From Polyangiaceae bacterium (GTDB taxonomy: Bacteria; Myxococcota_A; Polyangia; Polyangiales; Polyangiaceae): 64,000 bases of DNA. Below, in pieces: positions 20,058 to 29,058 of this stretch (within the stretch, counting starts at the first letter, position 1; every line of letters starts with the position of its first letter). The stretch lies in assembly GCA_033763455.1 (NCBI GenBank), contig JANRKO010000080.1:1-64000 (forward strand). The letters run 5' to 3'. Below the pieces are notes generated by a model. That model was not told where the DNA came from. It saw only the letters and a program-made list of their open reading frames with translations, and ran no database searches. The position numbers were made by a program, and so were the translations under genes.

Positions 20058-20990
20058 CTATAGCGTAGACGCGAGGAATTCGCGAACAGCCCGTATCGTT
20101 TCAGTGGGTTCTTCCTCGTGTGGCCAGTGTCCCGCGTTTGGAAGTTCCTTAATGTTGGCATGTGGAAATTCTGCGCGAAATTTGCTCAAGAAGGGTGGCC
20201 CGAATGCGTGATCCTTCATGCCCCAAAGGAGCAGCATCGGGACGTTGCGCAGGCACTCGCGCTGATGCCATAGGGCTTCATAGTAGGCATTCGACTGAGT
20301 GAGCGCGCGGGCGAGCGCCCACAGGACTTCTTCGCGCGGCCAGCGTGCGCGAAATGGCGCGAGGTACTGCTGCTGGATCTCCTTGGTAAGCTTGCGCTTG
20401 TCGCCCCATGCGGAGGGGCCGAGAATTCTTACCGAGAAATTCAGATACCGGTACAAAAAACGCGCGAACCCGCCGGCGGCGAGCTTCGCGCGTTTCTGCA
20501 TGACAGGATCATCGGTGAATCCCCACATCCAGCTGTTGATAATAACAATGCGCCGCACACGTAACGCAGGATCCAGGGCGAGTGGCAACCCGATGGGGCC
20601 ACCGAAGTCGTGAACGATCAGCGTGAAGTCTTGCAGCCCGAGGTGCTCCGTCAGTGCGCGCAGGCGTTTCGCATGCGCCTCGGGGCGGTAATCAGCGCCT
20701 GGTACTTGGTCGGAAAGTCCGAAACCCAGGTGGTCAGGGGCGATGCAACGGAAGTCACACCGTAGGGCTTTCACGAGGTGGCGATATTCAAACGACCACG
20801 TTGGGGTCCCGTGGACAAAGAGGATGGTGTGAGGTTCGGGCCTGGGTGGCGTGTTCGGAGCCCATGAGAACTCATCAAGGTAGTGCATTTGCCCCGATTC
20901 TCCGGGGGCCGTGAAGCTTTGCGCTGCGAAGGGATACGCGTCTTGATCCAGCCACTTTGGGCGCATTTTTTCTGGGTTTTTGGGGTTCAT
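20058..20990 (-). CDS. Alpha/beta hydrolase, haloalkane dehalogenase/OleB-like
   Basis: HGTPTWSF, APDHLGFGLSD, nucleophile VHDFGGPIG, LLWGMKD, AGHWPHEE. Confidence 0.88.
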   Translation of the reverse strand: MNPKNPEKMRPKWLDQDAYPFAAQSFTAPGESGQMHYLDEFSWAPNTPPRPEPHTILFVHGTPTWSFEYRHLVKALRCDFRCIAPDHLGFGLSDQVPGADYRPEAHAKRLRALTEHLGLQDFTLIVHDFGGPIGLPLALDPALRVRRIVIINSWMWGFTDDPVMQKRAKLAAGGFARFLYRYLNFSVRILGPSAWGDKRKLTKEIQQQYLAPFRARWPREEVLWALARALTQSNAYYEALWHQRECLRNVPMLLLWGMKDHAFGPPFLSKFRAEFPHANIKELPNAGHWPHEEEPTETIRAVREFLASTL

Positions 20991-20993
20991 GAC

Positions 20994-21036
20994 TTTTAGT
21001 CAATCACGATTGACTAAAATGTCAAGTGCGGTTGAC
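20994..21036. promoter_or_regulatory. Probable MarR operator(s) between the divergent hydrolase and marR genes
   Basis: Perfect 12-bp inverted repeat TTTTAGTCAATC-AC-GATTGACTAAAA (20994-21019), plus a second GTCAA-N6-TTGAC site at 21021-21036. Confidence 0.7.
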
Positions 21037-21060
21037 TACACGGACGGATATCATTGGCGC

Positions 21061-21642
21061 ATGAGGACCTCACGCGGGGCTATCAAGAAGCCGGTTTCCA
21101 CCTCAGCGAAAAGACACGCGAAGAGAGTGCCCCGGCTCGAAGAGCCAAGGTTGGCGGCGCAGGTTAATTCGGCGCGCGTTAGGAGCGAAATACAGACCAG
21201 CACCGCGCAGCTCTTGCTCCAGTGTGCGCGCCTTTGGGACGAGCGAGCCACGGCGATTGTAAGCGCAGAAGCTGGTCAGATAGTGCTTCGGCCAGCTCAT
21301 ACCAAGTTGTTTCCGCACATTGCCTTGGAGGGCGGTACTCGCATTGGCGTTCTGGCACAGAAACTCGGTGTGACCAAACAGGCAGTCAGTCAGCTGGTTG
21401 ATGATCTGGTGCAAGTTGGGGTGCTTGAAGTTGTTGCCGACAAAGAGGACGGGCGCGCGAAGTGTGCTCGCTTGACGCCCAAGGGATTCGCGGCAATTTC
21501 TCACGGCCTTGGCGTCTTGGGAGGAATCGAGTCCGCACTGGTCGAACGTGTTGGAGCAACCCCGCTGGCCGACTTGCGCCGCGCACTCACGGCTATATTG
21601 CCAGCGCTCGAAGCAATGGCCAACGAACCCCTCAAGTCCTGA
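21061..21642 (+). CDS. MarR-family transcriptional regulator
   Basis: wHTH LAQKLGVTKQAVSQLVDDL...DGRAKCARLTPKG. Confidence 0.88.
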   Translation: MRTSRGAIKKPVSTSAKRHAKRVPRLEEPRLAAQVNSARVRSEIQTSTAQLLLQCARLWDERATAIVSAEAGQIVLRPAHTKLFPHIALEGGTRIGVLAQKLGVTKQAVSQLVDDLVQVGVLEVVADKEDGRAKCARLTPKGFAAISHGLGVLGGIESALVERVGATPLADLRRALTAILPALEAMANEPLKS

Positions 21643-23001
21643 TTAGCTGGAGGTCAGCTGCGCAGCTTTCATTCGGCGCCACAACGTAGTTCGGCTTATT
21701 CCTAGGCTCTGGGCGGCCTGGTCGCGGTTGCCACTGGCTCGCTCCAACGCGCGTTGAAGGCGTTGTTTTTCTGGAGGTGGTGGCGGCGCGACCCCCGGCT
21801 CCGCGTGTGGTAGCCGATTGATCAGCGGGGGTATGCCAGCTTCAATGTTCGGATCTAATATCTCCGGCGGTAGATCAGCATCAACGATTACCGAGCCATC
21901 CCCAATAACAAATGCATATTCGAGCGCGTTGCGCAGCTCGCGCACATTGCCTGGCCAGGTGTAGCGTTCAAATGCCGCTTGTACTGAAGCCGAGAGCCTA
22001 GTGACCTGACGCTGGTTGCGAAGATTGAGCTGAGCGATGAGCTTTTCAGCCAGCAAAAGCACGTCCCCAGGCCTTGCGTGCAAAGGGGGCAAATGCAAGG
22101 GAACCACTCGCAGCCTGTACATGAGGTCGGCACGAAACCTGCCCGCTTGAACCTCTGCTCGCAGGCTTCTGTGGGTGGCCGCAACGATACGGACGTCCAC
22201 GGAAACTGGGTCCCGCCCGCCAACTGGTATTACCGAATGCGTTTCCAACACGCGCAGCAACTTGGCCTGCAATTCAAGGGGCATCTCTGCAATTTCGTCC
22301 AAGAACAGGGTGCCGCCTTCGGCTTGCCGAAAGTGCCCGGGGTTGTCGCGCACAGCTCCGGTGAACGCACCGCGTTCGTGCCCAAACAGCTCGCTTTCCA
22401 AGAGATTTGCGGGCAACGCAGCGCAATTGATCGCCCGAAAAGGCCCGAGTGCTCTGAGCGAGCGGGTGTGGAGCGCATGGGCCACCAGCTCCTTGCCCGC
22501 GCCCGTATCGCCACGCACCAACACACTAGATTCACTGGCCGCAACTCGCTCAATAAGCTGAAACAAACGTTTCATGGCTGGGTCGCGCGTCCACATTTGC
22601 TCGAAGCAAACAGGGGCGTCGACCTGATCGACAGCGGCGAGCTCCTCCCGCAGCAACAATACCCATCCGAGCCGACCCTTGGAGCTCTGCAATGGTGTTG
22701 CTCTAATGCCGATCAGCCGCTCGCCTCCGCCGACCATTGGGCGTGGCACTGATGCCACTACGGGGCGCCCGGCAGCTAGTGCCTCAGCGATGGGACGAGC
22801 CGTCGCCTGGCCGCACAGCAAGCGTGGTGCGGGGGTCTGAAGTGCAATAGGGCCGCCAAGCAAAATCTCAGCACTGGGAGTTGCAGCCGCAACCTTCAGG
22901 TCAGCGTCGAGGACAAGCGCTGCGCCGCCAAGCTCCTCCAGAGTGGCCAACAAGGGGGAAATGAGGCCAGCGCGCTTGAGCATTGCGGGTTCGTTTAGCA
23001 T
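21643..23001 (-). CDS. Sigma54-dependent enhancer-binding protein (PAS-like - AAA+ - Fis HTH)
   Basis: Walker [52 protein letters not shown]; start may be 22983. Confidence 0.93.
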   Translation of the reverse strand: MLNEPAMLKRAGLISPLLATLEELGGAALVLDADLKVAAATPSAEILLGGPIALQTPAPRLLCGQATARPIAEALAAGRPVVASVPRPMVGGGERLIGIRATPLQSSKGRLGWVLLLREELAAVDQVDAPVCFEQMWTRDPAMKRLFQLIERVAASESSVLVRGDTGAGKELVAHALHTRSLRALGPFRAINCAALPANLLESELFGHERGAFTGAVRDNPGHFRQAEGGTLFLDEIAEMPLELQAKLLRVLETHSVIPVGGRDPVSVDVRIVAATHRSLRAEVQAGRFRADLMYRLRVVPLHLPPLHARPGDVLLLAEKLIAQLNLRNQRQVTRLSASVQAAFERYTWPGNVRELRNALEYAFVIGDGSVIVDADLPPEILDPNIEAGIPPLINRLPHAEPGVAPPPPPEKQRLQRALERASGNRDQAAQSLGISRTTLWRRMKAAQLTSS

Positions 23002-23050
23002 GTTTCATGGCGTGTTTCAAGGTGTGAAACACGTGTTTCAATCTGTTTCA
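23001..23050. promoter_or_regulatory. Cluster of TGTTTCA/TGAAACA motifs; candidate upstream activator sequences
   Basis: Five copies at 23001, 23013, 23025 (inverted), 23034 and 23044, about 60-110 nt upstream of a sigma54 promoter. Confidence 0.6.
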
Positions 23051-23112
23051 GTCGTGATCGAGGCGGAGTGTATTTCTCGCAGAAACGTGGGGTTTCTGAG
23101 CTTGAAACGTGT

Positions 23113-23128
23113 TGGCACGGTCGTCGCT
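23113..23128 (+). promoter_or_regulatory. Sigma54 -24/-12 promoter of the sulfur operon
   Basis: TGGCACGGTCGTCGCT with canonical GG-N10-GC spacing, 27 nt upstream of the ATG at 23155; divergent EBP adjacent. Confidence 0.75.
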
Positions 23129-23154
23129 ATAGAGCTGGCAGGAGAAAAGCGACG

Positions 23155-24153
23155 ATGATCTTTAGACAGCTCTTTGATGCAGAAAGCTCCACCTACACGT
23201 ATTTGATAGCGGACCCGGAAACCCGACTAGCGGCGTTGGTCGATCCGGTGCGTGAGCAAATCGAGCGTGATCTCGCTCTTCTTGCGGACCTTGATTTGAA
23301 GCTTGCGTATGTTCTGGATACGCACGTTCATGCTGACCACGTCACCGCCGCTGGGACGTTGCGGCAGCGAACCGGCGCTCGTACCGTTGGTGGTGAGAAG
23401 GCCGCCCCGTGCGTGGACCTTAGGGTCAAACACGGTGGAGTGATTGAAGTTGGAGCCCTAAGAGTTACGCTACTGGAAACGCCAGGGCACACCGACGACA
23501 GCGTGAGTTACCTGGTTGGAGACTCTCTGTTTAGCGGAGACGCTTTGTTGGTCCGTGGTACAGGGCGTACAGACTTTCAGAACGGGAACCCTCGCGCGCT
23601 CTATCGTTCGATTACGCAGGTTCTGTTCGCTCTGCCTGATGAAACGCGCGTTTTTCCGGGGCACGATTACCGCGGCAACTCCGTCACCACGATCGGCGAA
23701 GAAAAGCGCTTCAATCCCCGTCTCGCCGGTAAAGATGAGGCGGCATTTGTGCAAATAATGAGCGAATTGGCCTTGCCTCCGCCCAAAAAGATCAACGAGG
23801 CGGTTCCCGCGAATCAAGCTTGTGGCATTCAAACGGGTTCGTACAAAGACGTTAGTCCCACGGATGCGCATGCGATGTGTACGCAAGTGCGATTGGTAGA
23901 CGTTCGGGAGCGGGAAGAGTGGACCGGCGACTTGGGGCACATCCCGAACGCGGAATTGGTGCCCCTCGCTACGTTGCCTCAGGCTGCAAGCGCATGGGAT
24001 CACGATAAGCCTGTGATGGTTGTTTGCCGCTCCGGGGGGCGTTCCTCTCGCGCCGCTCAGTGGCTGGTAAGCAATGGTTTTTCCGCTGTCTGGAATGTGG
24101 CTGGCGGCATGCTTGAATACCGTGCGGCTGGGCTCCCAGCGGTGAGGAGCTAA
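23155..24153 (+). CDS. Persulfide dioxygenase (ETHE1-like MBL) fused to rhodanese
   Basis: MIFRQLFDAESSTYTY, THVHADH, TPGHT, GRTDFQ, PGHDY; C-terminal rhodanese LVDVRE...VCRSGGRS. Confidence 0.92.
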   Translation: MIFRQLFDAESSTYTYLIADPETRLAALVDPVREQIERDLALLADLDLKLAYVLDTHVHADHVTAAGTLRQRTGARTVGGEKAAPCVDLRVKHGGVIEVGALRVTLLETPGHTDDSVSYLVGDSLFSGDALLVRGTGRTDFQNGNPRALYRSITQVLFALPDETRVFPGHDYRGNSVTTIGEEKRFNPRLAGKDEAAFVQIMSELALPPPKKINEAVPANQACGIQTGSYKDVSPTDAHAMCTQVRLVDVREREEWTGDLGHIPNAELVPLATLPQAASAWDHDKPVMVVCRSGGRSSRAAQWLVSNGFSAVWNVAGGMLEYRAAGLPAVRS

Positions 24154-24157
24154 AGCT

Positions 24158-25405
24158 ATGCTGCTCGCTGCTGCTCTCGCTGTTCTTGTCGGCCTTGCCG
24201 TGGGTATGTTGGGCGGTGGCGGCTCGATATTAACGGTCCCTATTTTGGTCTACGTCGCGCAGGTGGAGCCGAAGAGTGCCATCGCTACCTCGCTATTTGT
24301 GGTGTTGGTAACGAGCGTTGTGGCGGCGATTCCTCACGCGCTTGCCGGCCACGTCAAATGGCGCACCGCCTGGGTGTTTGGTGGTACGGGCCTCGTTGGG
24401 GCGTATTTCGGTGGCCGCTTGTCGTTTTTTTTGCCGGCCAGTATTCTGCTTTTGGCGTTTGGCGGGCTGATGCTTGTTACGGCCATAGCGATGATTCGTG
24501 GCCGCGCCAGCTCCGATATGAAGGGCGATATCTTCGTCCGGCAGAGTGGAACGCGCCTGCTGCGGTTTGGCGCGGAAGGGCTCGCGGTTGGGCTGGTGAC
24601 AGGGATCGTCGGGGCAGGGGGTGGGTTTGTTGTGGTTCCCGCTTTAGCGATGTTGGGCGGTTTGCCTATGGCGACGGCGGTTGGGACGTCCTTGGTGGTT
24701 ATTGCAATGAACTCATTCGCTGGGTTCGTTGGCCACGCTGCGGACGTGTCGATTCCGTGGTCCGTTGCCATTGCCGTGAGCGTTCCCGCCGTGATCGCGA
24801 GTGCCTTTGGCGCACGCCTTGCTCAGCGCATCTCTGATGCGTGGTTGAGGCCTATTTTCGGCTGGGTCGTGCTGTTGATGGCGGTGTTTATGATCGGGAG
24901 ACAGCTTCCGCATGCCTTGCGCGAGCACGCAGTGTTTTCTCTGGTATTCGTGGAACGATGGCCATTTTTGGTTAGCGGGCTAGCAATCGGGAGCACCGTG
25001 CTCGCGATGCTTTGGTATGACGATAAGTTGTTGGGAGTGTCGACAGGATGCGCAGAGTTGTGCAGGCTTCATCGCGACTCTGCTTTAAGAGGGTCTTGGC
25101 GCTTGTTGTTTCTTCTTGGTATCGTTTTTGGTGGATTCGTCGCTTCGACGTTCGCGGGAAAAGGCCTGACATGGACCCATGGCGCCTTTGACGCACTGGT
25201 TTCGTCGAGCCTCTACGTCAAAGCTCCGCTATTGCTGGTTGGAGGGGTCTTGATTGGATATGGTGCGCGCGTCGCGGGGGGCTGTACGTCGGGTCACAGC
25301 ATCGTGGGGATGGCGCAAGGTGCGCGTTCGAGTTTCGTGGCGAGTCTGGCGTTTATGACTGGGGGGTTTGCCACCACCACCCTCCTATTTTTCGCAACGA
25401 GGTGA
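24158..25405 (+). CDS. TauE/SafE (TSUP) exporter fused to a YeeE/YedE half-domain
   Basis: GMLGGGGSILTVP and GAGGGFVVVP TSUP repeats, then a YeeE-type domain with GGCTSGH. Confidence 0.85.
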   Translation: MLLAAALAVLVGLAVGMLGGGGSILTVPILVYVAQVEPKSAIATSLFVVLVTSVVAAIPHALAGHVKWRTAWVFGGTGLVGAYFGGRLSFFLPASILLLAFGGLMLVTAIAMIRGRASSDMKGDIFVRQSGTRLLRFGAEGLAVGLVTGIVGAGGGFVVVPALAMLGGLPMATAVGTSLVVIAMNSFAGFVGHAADVSIPWSVAIAVSVPAVIASAFGARLAQRISDAWLRPIFGWVVLLMAVFMIGRQLPHALREHAVFSLVFVERWPFLVSGLAIGSTVLAMLWYDDKLLGVSTGCAELCRLHRDSALRGSWRLLFLLGIVFGGFVASTFAGKGLTWTHGAFDALVSSSLYVKAPLLLVGGVLIGYGARVAGGCTSGHSIVGMAQGARSSFVASLAFMTGGFATTTLLFFATR

Positions 25406-25409
25406 GTTT

Positions 25410-25877
25410 ATGAAAAGCCGCTATATCTTCTTCGGTCTTGTTTTTGGCTTTGTTCTTTCACGTGCAGGGGCCACAGAATTCGACGCTATCTTGGGAATGT
25501 TTCGCCTCACCGATCTGCATTTGTTTGGTGTTATAGGAGTCGCGGTGGCTACCGCTGCCCTAGGGTTTGCTGCGTTTCGGCGGGGCATGGTTCACGCGAA
25601 AGGTGGCGGCGACGTGCATCTAACGGCCAAGCCCATGAGCAAAGGCCTGGTTCACGGGGGGTTGTTGTTCGGCGTCGGTTGGGCCGTCACAGGAACGTGT
25701 CCGGGTACGGCATTGGCGCAAATCGGTGAAGGGCACTTGGCCGGGTTGTTCACTTTTGCAGGCGTGCTCCTCGGCGTGTGGCTGCATTCGCTCAGCCAAG
25801 CGCCGATGTCGGCTTCGACTGGACGAGGAGCTTCGAAGTTAGGCCGGCTTGGCCATGTCGGCAAGACCGCGGGTTGA
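25410..25877 (+). CDS. YeeE/YedE-family sulfur-transport half protein
   Basis: FGLVFGFVL, GGLLFGVGWAVTGTCPG motif; GAGGTGA SD. Confidence 0.85.
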   Translation: MKSRYIFFGLVFGFVLSRAGATEFDAILGMFRLTDLHLFGVIGVAVATAALGFAAFRRGMVHAKGGGDVHLTAKPMSKGLVHGGLLFGVGWAVTGTCPGTALAQIGEGHLAGLFTFAGVLLGVWLHSLSQAPMSASTGRGASKLGRLGHVGKTAG

Positions 25878-25953
25878 ATCCTACCTTGTGTGACGTTACG
25901 TCGTTGTCGAGTTGTGAGGTGGTCAGCGACGAGCGCGACAGGCTGCCAGCGTC

Positions 25954-27810
25954 CTACTGTCGCGTTAGCTCGTACAGCCCACATCCGGGGTTGGCGTACA
26001 GCTTTCCGCCAGAGGTTACGACATGCATCGTTTGGGCGCCGATCGCCCAAAGATCAACTTCGCTTCCGCCTGCCTTCGGAACCGCCGCAACTCCCGTGCT
26101 TTCACGTGCCACGATGACCTCACTCGGGGCCATAACAAAACTAGTGATGATATTCCCCACCGTGCTGATGAGTGTGGCTTGGCCACCAGCGCGGGGGACC
26201 TTGTAGACCGCGTTGATATCCCCACCGGTAACCACGTACGCATCCGTTGAGTCGAGGCCTACGCCCACGATGCGATTGCCGAGCCTACTGCCGCCCGGCT
26301 GGATGACTTGTACTGGGAAGACGTCAGGCGTAGTCAGATCGCTGCGCCACAACATTGCGGGCGTCGACGTTCCTTGGGGGGAGTACGTGGCGAAGTAGAC
26401 GTCGTTACCATCTATTGCCACAGTACCTTCAGCAGCAAACGTGGTGCGTGCCACAGGCACAATTAGCTCCGATCCAACGGTAGGTGGGCGGATGAGCTGC
26501 AACCCTGCGGACCCTGGGACAAATACCAGGTTTGCTGTTGCCGTACATCCGGAGAGCGGCGAAAGGTTGGTTGCGATAGGGGTGCCCTGGGCAGCGTTGA
26601 CAGCCTGCGAGAATACGCTGCCGCCATCAAGAATGTACGCGGTGTTACCCTGTGCACACATGCCATAGGACGAGGCCGTACTGGCGAAATTCGTAACGCT
26701 CTTGGTGTTGAGGTCGATCTTGAGAATTTCTGTGCCAAATTCTGCGCTTGCTAGCACGAAGCCATCTCCCGCCACCGCGCCAACGAACGCACCGTCAACG
26801 AGTTTGGTACGGGTGGTTGCGCCCGTTCCGTCGGTTGCAGCAAGGCACGGTGTGAGGTTAACACCAGATCCAGTGCCGCCTGTTGCGTTCGCTCCTCCCG
26901 CGGCGGGAGCTCCCCCTGCTTCCCCGCCAGCGGGAGCTCCGCCCGTGCCTCCAGCGCTAGCTGGTTCTGAGCCGCCGGCTCCGGGCAAACCACCAGTGCC
27001 TGAGGCCCCGCCAACTCCGGAGGCCCCACCGACGCCAGGAGCGTTGGCAGCAGCGCACGGCCACCCACAGTGCGAAGCTGCCGCGTACAACACCTGCGTG
27101 GGTGAAAACACAAGTGCGCCCGGCAAGCGGAGCGGGCCCGACGATGTTGGCGACTTACCGCTGCTGCCAGCGTCACACGTGCAAAGGATTTCGGTCCCGT
27201 TGTTGGATGCCTGGCACTTGGCGCCAACGGTGCCATTGCTGGCCGAACACGAACCTGAGCAGCTCGAAGGTGGAAAGGAGTCACTCGGTGAGCAGGTAAG
27301 CTCGCAGGCATCCGGCACCAAGCAGCCAGTGTTGGCGAAGAACGAAAGCCGAGGCTTGGCGACATACCAGGTGGAAAACTCGTCAGCGACACCCGACACT
27401 GTTGCCCCGGCTGTATTGGCGGCAGCAATCATGACTGGGACGGAGCCGGCAGCAGGCTCACGCATGAGGAAAGCGGGGCCGCCTGCGCCGCTACCTGTGG
27501 GCAGGGTAACGCGCAGGACTTTTTTGAAGCGAACACCTTCGGGCTCAAGGCGATACGCCTTTCCGATGAGCTCCAGATCCGTTCCCACTGAGGTTGCTGC
27601 TGCCTCAGCGATCTTGAACGCCACGGGCTCACCAACGGCTCCCGGAGGGACTTCCACGGTCACCCCATCAGGCCCAGTAATGGTGCCGCCCTCTGGGCCG
27701 ATCAGTCGCGATACAGGCTGCGCCACGGGGGTGGTGGGCTTATCGCTGGTGCTACACGAAAGGACCAAGGCGTGAAGAGCAACGACAACAGGGAGCTTGA
27801 GTTTGGTCAT
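25954..27810 (-). CDS. Multidomain lipoprotein: ZU5-like, Cys-rich, Gly-rich linker, beta-propeller-like
   Basis: Lipobox LVLSC; IGPEGGTI...VEVPPGAV...EPEGVRF ZU5-like segment; GGASG repeats; propeller-type repeats (AIDGNDVYF, GLDSTDAYV, KVPRAGG). Confidence 0.7.
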   Translation of the reverse strand: MTKLKLPVVVALHALVLSCSTSDKPTTPVAQPVSRLIGPEGGTITGPDGVTVEVPPGAVGEPVAFKIAEAAATSVGTDLELIGKAYRLEPEGVRFKKVLRVTLPTGSGAGGPAFLMREPAAGSVPVMIAAANTAGATVSGVADEFSTWYVAKPRLSFFANTGCLVPDACELTCSPSDSFPPSSCSGSCSASNGTVGAKCQASNNGTEILCTCDAGSSGKSPTSSGPLRLPGALVFSPTQVLYAAASHCGWPCAAANAPGVGGASGVGGASGTGGLPGAGGSEPASAGGTGGAPAGGEAGGAPAAGGANATGGTGSGVNLTPCLAATDGTGATTRTKLVDGAFVGAVAGDGFVLASAEFGTEILKIDLNTKSVTNFASTASSYGMCAQGNTAYILDGGSVFSQAVNAAQGTPIATNLSPLSGCTATANLVFVPGSAGLQLIRPPTVGSELIVPVARTTFAAEGTVAIDGNDVYFATYSPQGTSTPAMLWRSDLTTPDVFPVQVIQPGGSRLGNRIVGVGLDSTDAYVVTGGDINAVYKVPRAGGQATLISTVGNIITSFVMAPSEVIVARESTGVAAVPKAGGSEVDLWAIGAQTMHVVTSGGKLYANPGCGLYELTRQ

Positions 27811-27910
27811 GGGATCTTTAAGCAAGAAGGAATTGGGAGTCTTGGGAGCTTACCGACAGTGCTCTCTTTTGAAAAGGCTTGGCCTGAGCGCTCTGCTTTA
27901 GTGGCTCACT

Positions 27911-28080
27911 TAGGGGCCACATGCGTGGCCAATTGCCGCCAGTGACATTCACGCCGTCGATCGTGTTGATCATGTCCCTCACATTGAGATCCGTTCCAGC
28001 CGCAGGTCCGCTCGGATCGATGAAGCTCACCTCCACGCGAAACGACGCGGGGTAAATCCTTAGGCAGCTGAGGCCCGAAT
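27911..28080 (-). pseudogene. Isolated PDZ-domain fragment (gene remnant)
   Basis: VEVSFIDPSGPAAGTDLNVRDMINTIDGVNVTG fits the PDZ pattern (V..GPA...L..GD.I..IDG..V) but has no proper start and degrades on both sides. Confidence 0.55.
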
Positions 28081-28386
28081 TGGCGCCAGAGCAACGTGGC
28101 GGTCCCGACAACGCGCCGGGCCAGCGGAAGTTGACGATCGAGCGTGGCTACATATTCACGAATTCTGTCACGGTTACGTCGATTATCCTTACCCACCCGC
28201 GGCCTTGTGGCCGAGAAGTAAACACAGGCTCTTGTTGCGTGAATCTGCGAGCTGAATCCAGAGTTGAGGGTTGCGGGATGCTGGTTGAGGTGTCTATCGT
28301 TCACGCCGTTTTCGGTGGAGGCACGGCTCCGCGTTCCTGCGGTGAGTGCGCCGAAACACATCACACAATAGGAGTGGCTCTTCAGT

Positions 28387-28875
28387 ATGTTTAAATCCAA
28401 AAAAACTCTTGCTCTCGTTCTCGGTGCAGCTTCCGTTCTGCTCGCATCTGGCTGCTACAAGCACAGCTTTACGGTGGGATCCGGCGGGGATGTCAATGGC
28501 ACCGCTGCCTACAGCAGCTGGGAATCACACTGGCTTTTCGGGATTATTGGTGAGCCAAGCGTTGATGTGAAGACGGTTTGCCCCTCTGGGAACGCCACGC
28601 TCAAGGACAAGGTCACCTTCCTCAATGGCCTCGTGGGGGCTTTCGTCGGAGCCATCTGGTATCCGACAACCGTCGAGGTTTATTGCGACAGCGGCAAGGC
28701 GGCCAAGGTCACATTTACCCCCGCGCAATTGCGAGCTGCCGCTCAGCGCCCGCAAGCGATGGAGTTTGCCCGAATGGTTTCCGACACGAAAGCGGTTGAA
28801 CTTCAGAGTGCGATCGACGCTTACACTGAAGCCACGAAAAACGTCGCTACGAGCGGAACGCCAACCAAGTTCTAA
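28387..28875 (+). CDS. Bor/Iss-like lipoprotein with a C-terminal helical extension
   Basis: AGGAG SD; lipobox LASGC; HWLFGII, VDVKTVC, TFLNGLVG, WYPTTVEVYC pattern of the Bor family. Confidence 0.75.
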   Translation: MFKSKKTLALVLGAASVLLASGCYKHSFTVGSGGDVNGTAAYSSWESHWLFGIIGEPSVDVKTVCPSGNATLKDKVTFLNGLVGAFVGAIWYPTTVEVYCDSGKAAKVTFTPAQLRAAAQRPQAMEFARMVSDTKAVELQSAIDAYTEATKNVATSGTPTKF

Positions 28876-28926
28876 ATTGCATCGTTTGTTCGGCTGAATT
28901 CGCCGAGCTTATTCGCTGAACACATC

Positions 28927-28975
28927 ACGCCCCGAGGCGCACACGGGTAACCGTTGCGTCGCGGGGCGTTTCTTC
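28927..28975 (+). terminator. Hairpin terminator between convergent genes
   Basis: ACGCCCCG...CGGGGCGT stem with further inner pairing, followed by TTCTTC. Confidence 0.55.
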
Positions 28976-29058
28976 TAAGTGCAGCTTGATTCAGTGGGAA
29001 GCCAGGTTGAGTGACAGCTCCGCAGCCGATCAGGCGTTCCTTCGAATCGACTGCCAAG

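Noticed and set aside
26870..27050. Gly/Ala-rich repeats (also the Pro/Thr repeats at 54960-55140) as DNA repeat elements
   Set aside because: They are low-complexity protein linkers inside lipoprotein genes.
26702..27775. 357-aa plus-strand ORF, and similar long antisense ORFs (35030-35737, 43559-44275, 53065-53955, 59788-60558)
   Set aside because: They are antisense shadows of well-supported genes in GC-rich DNA, with low-complexity translations and no motifs.
28319..28335. GGCACG motif upstream of the Bor-like gene as a sigma54 promoter
   Set aside because: The GG-to-GC spacing is one base short of the required spacing.
27906..28400. 164-aa minus-strand ORF and 28080-28394 plus-strand ORF
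   Set aside because: No motifs or convincing SD; they overlap the Bor-like gene start and the PDZ remnant.
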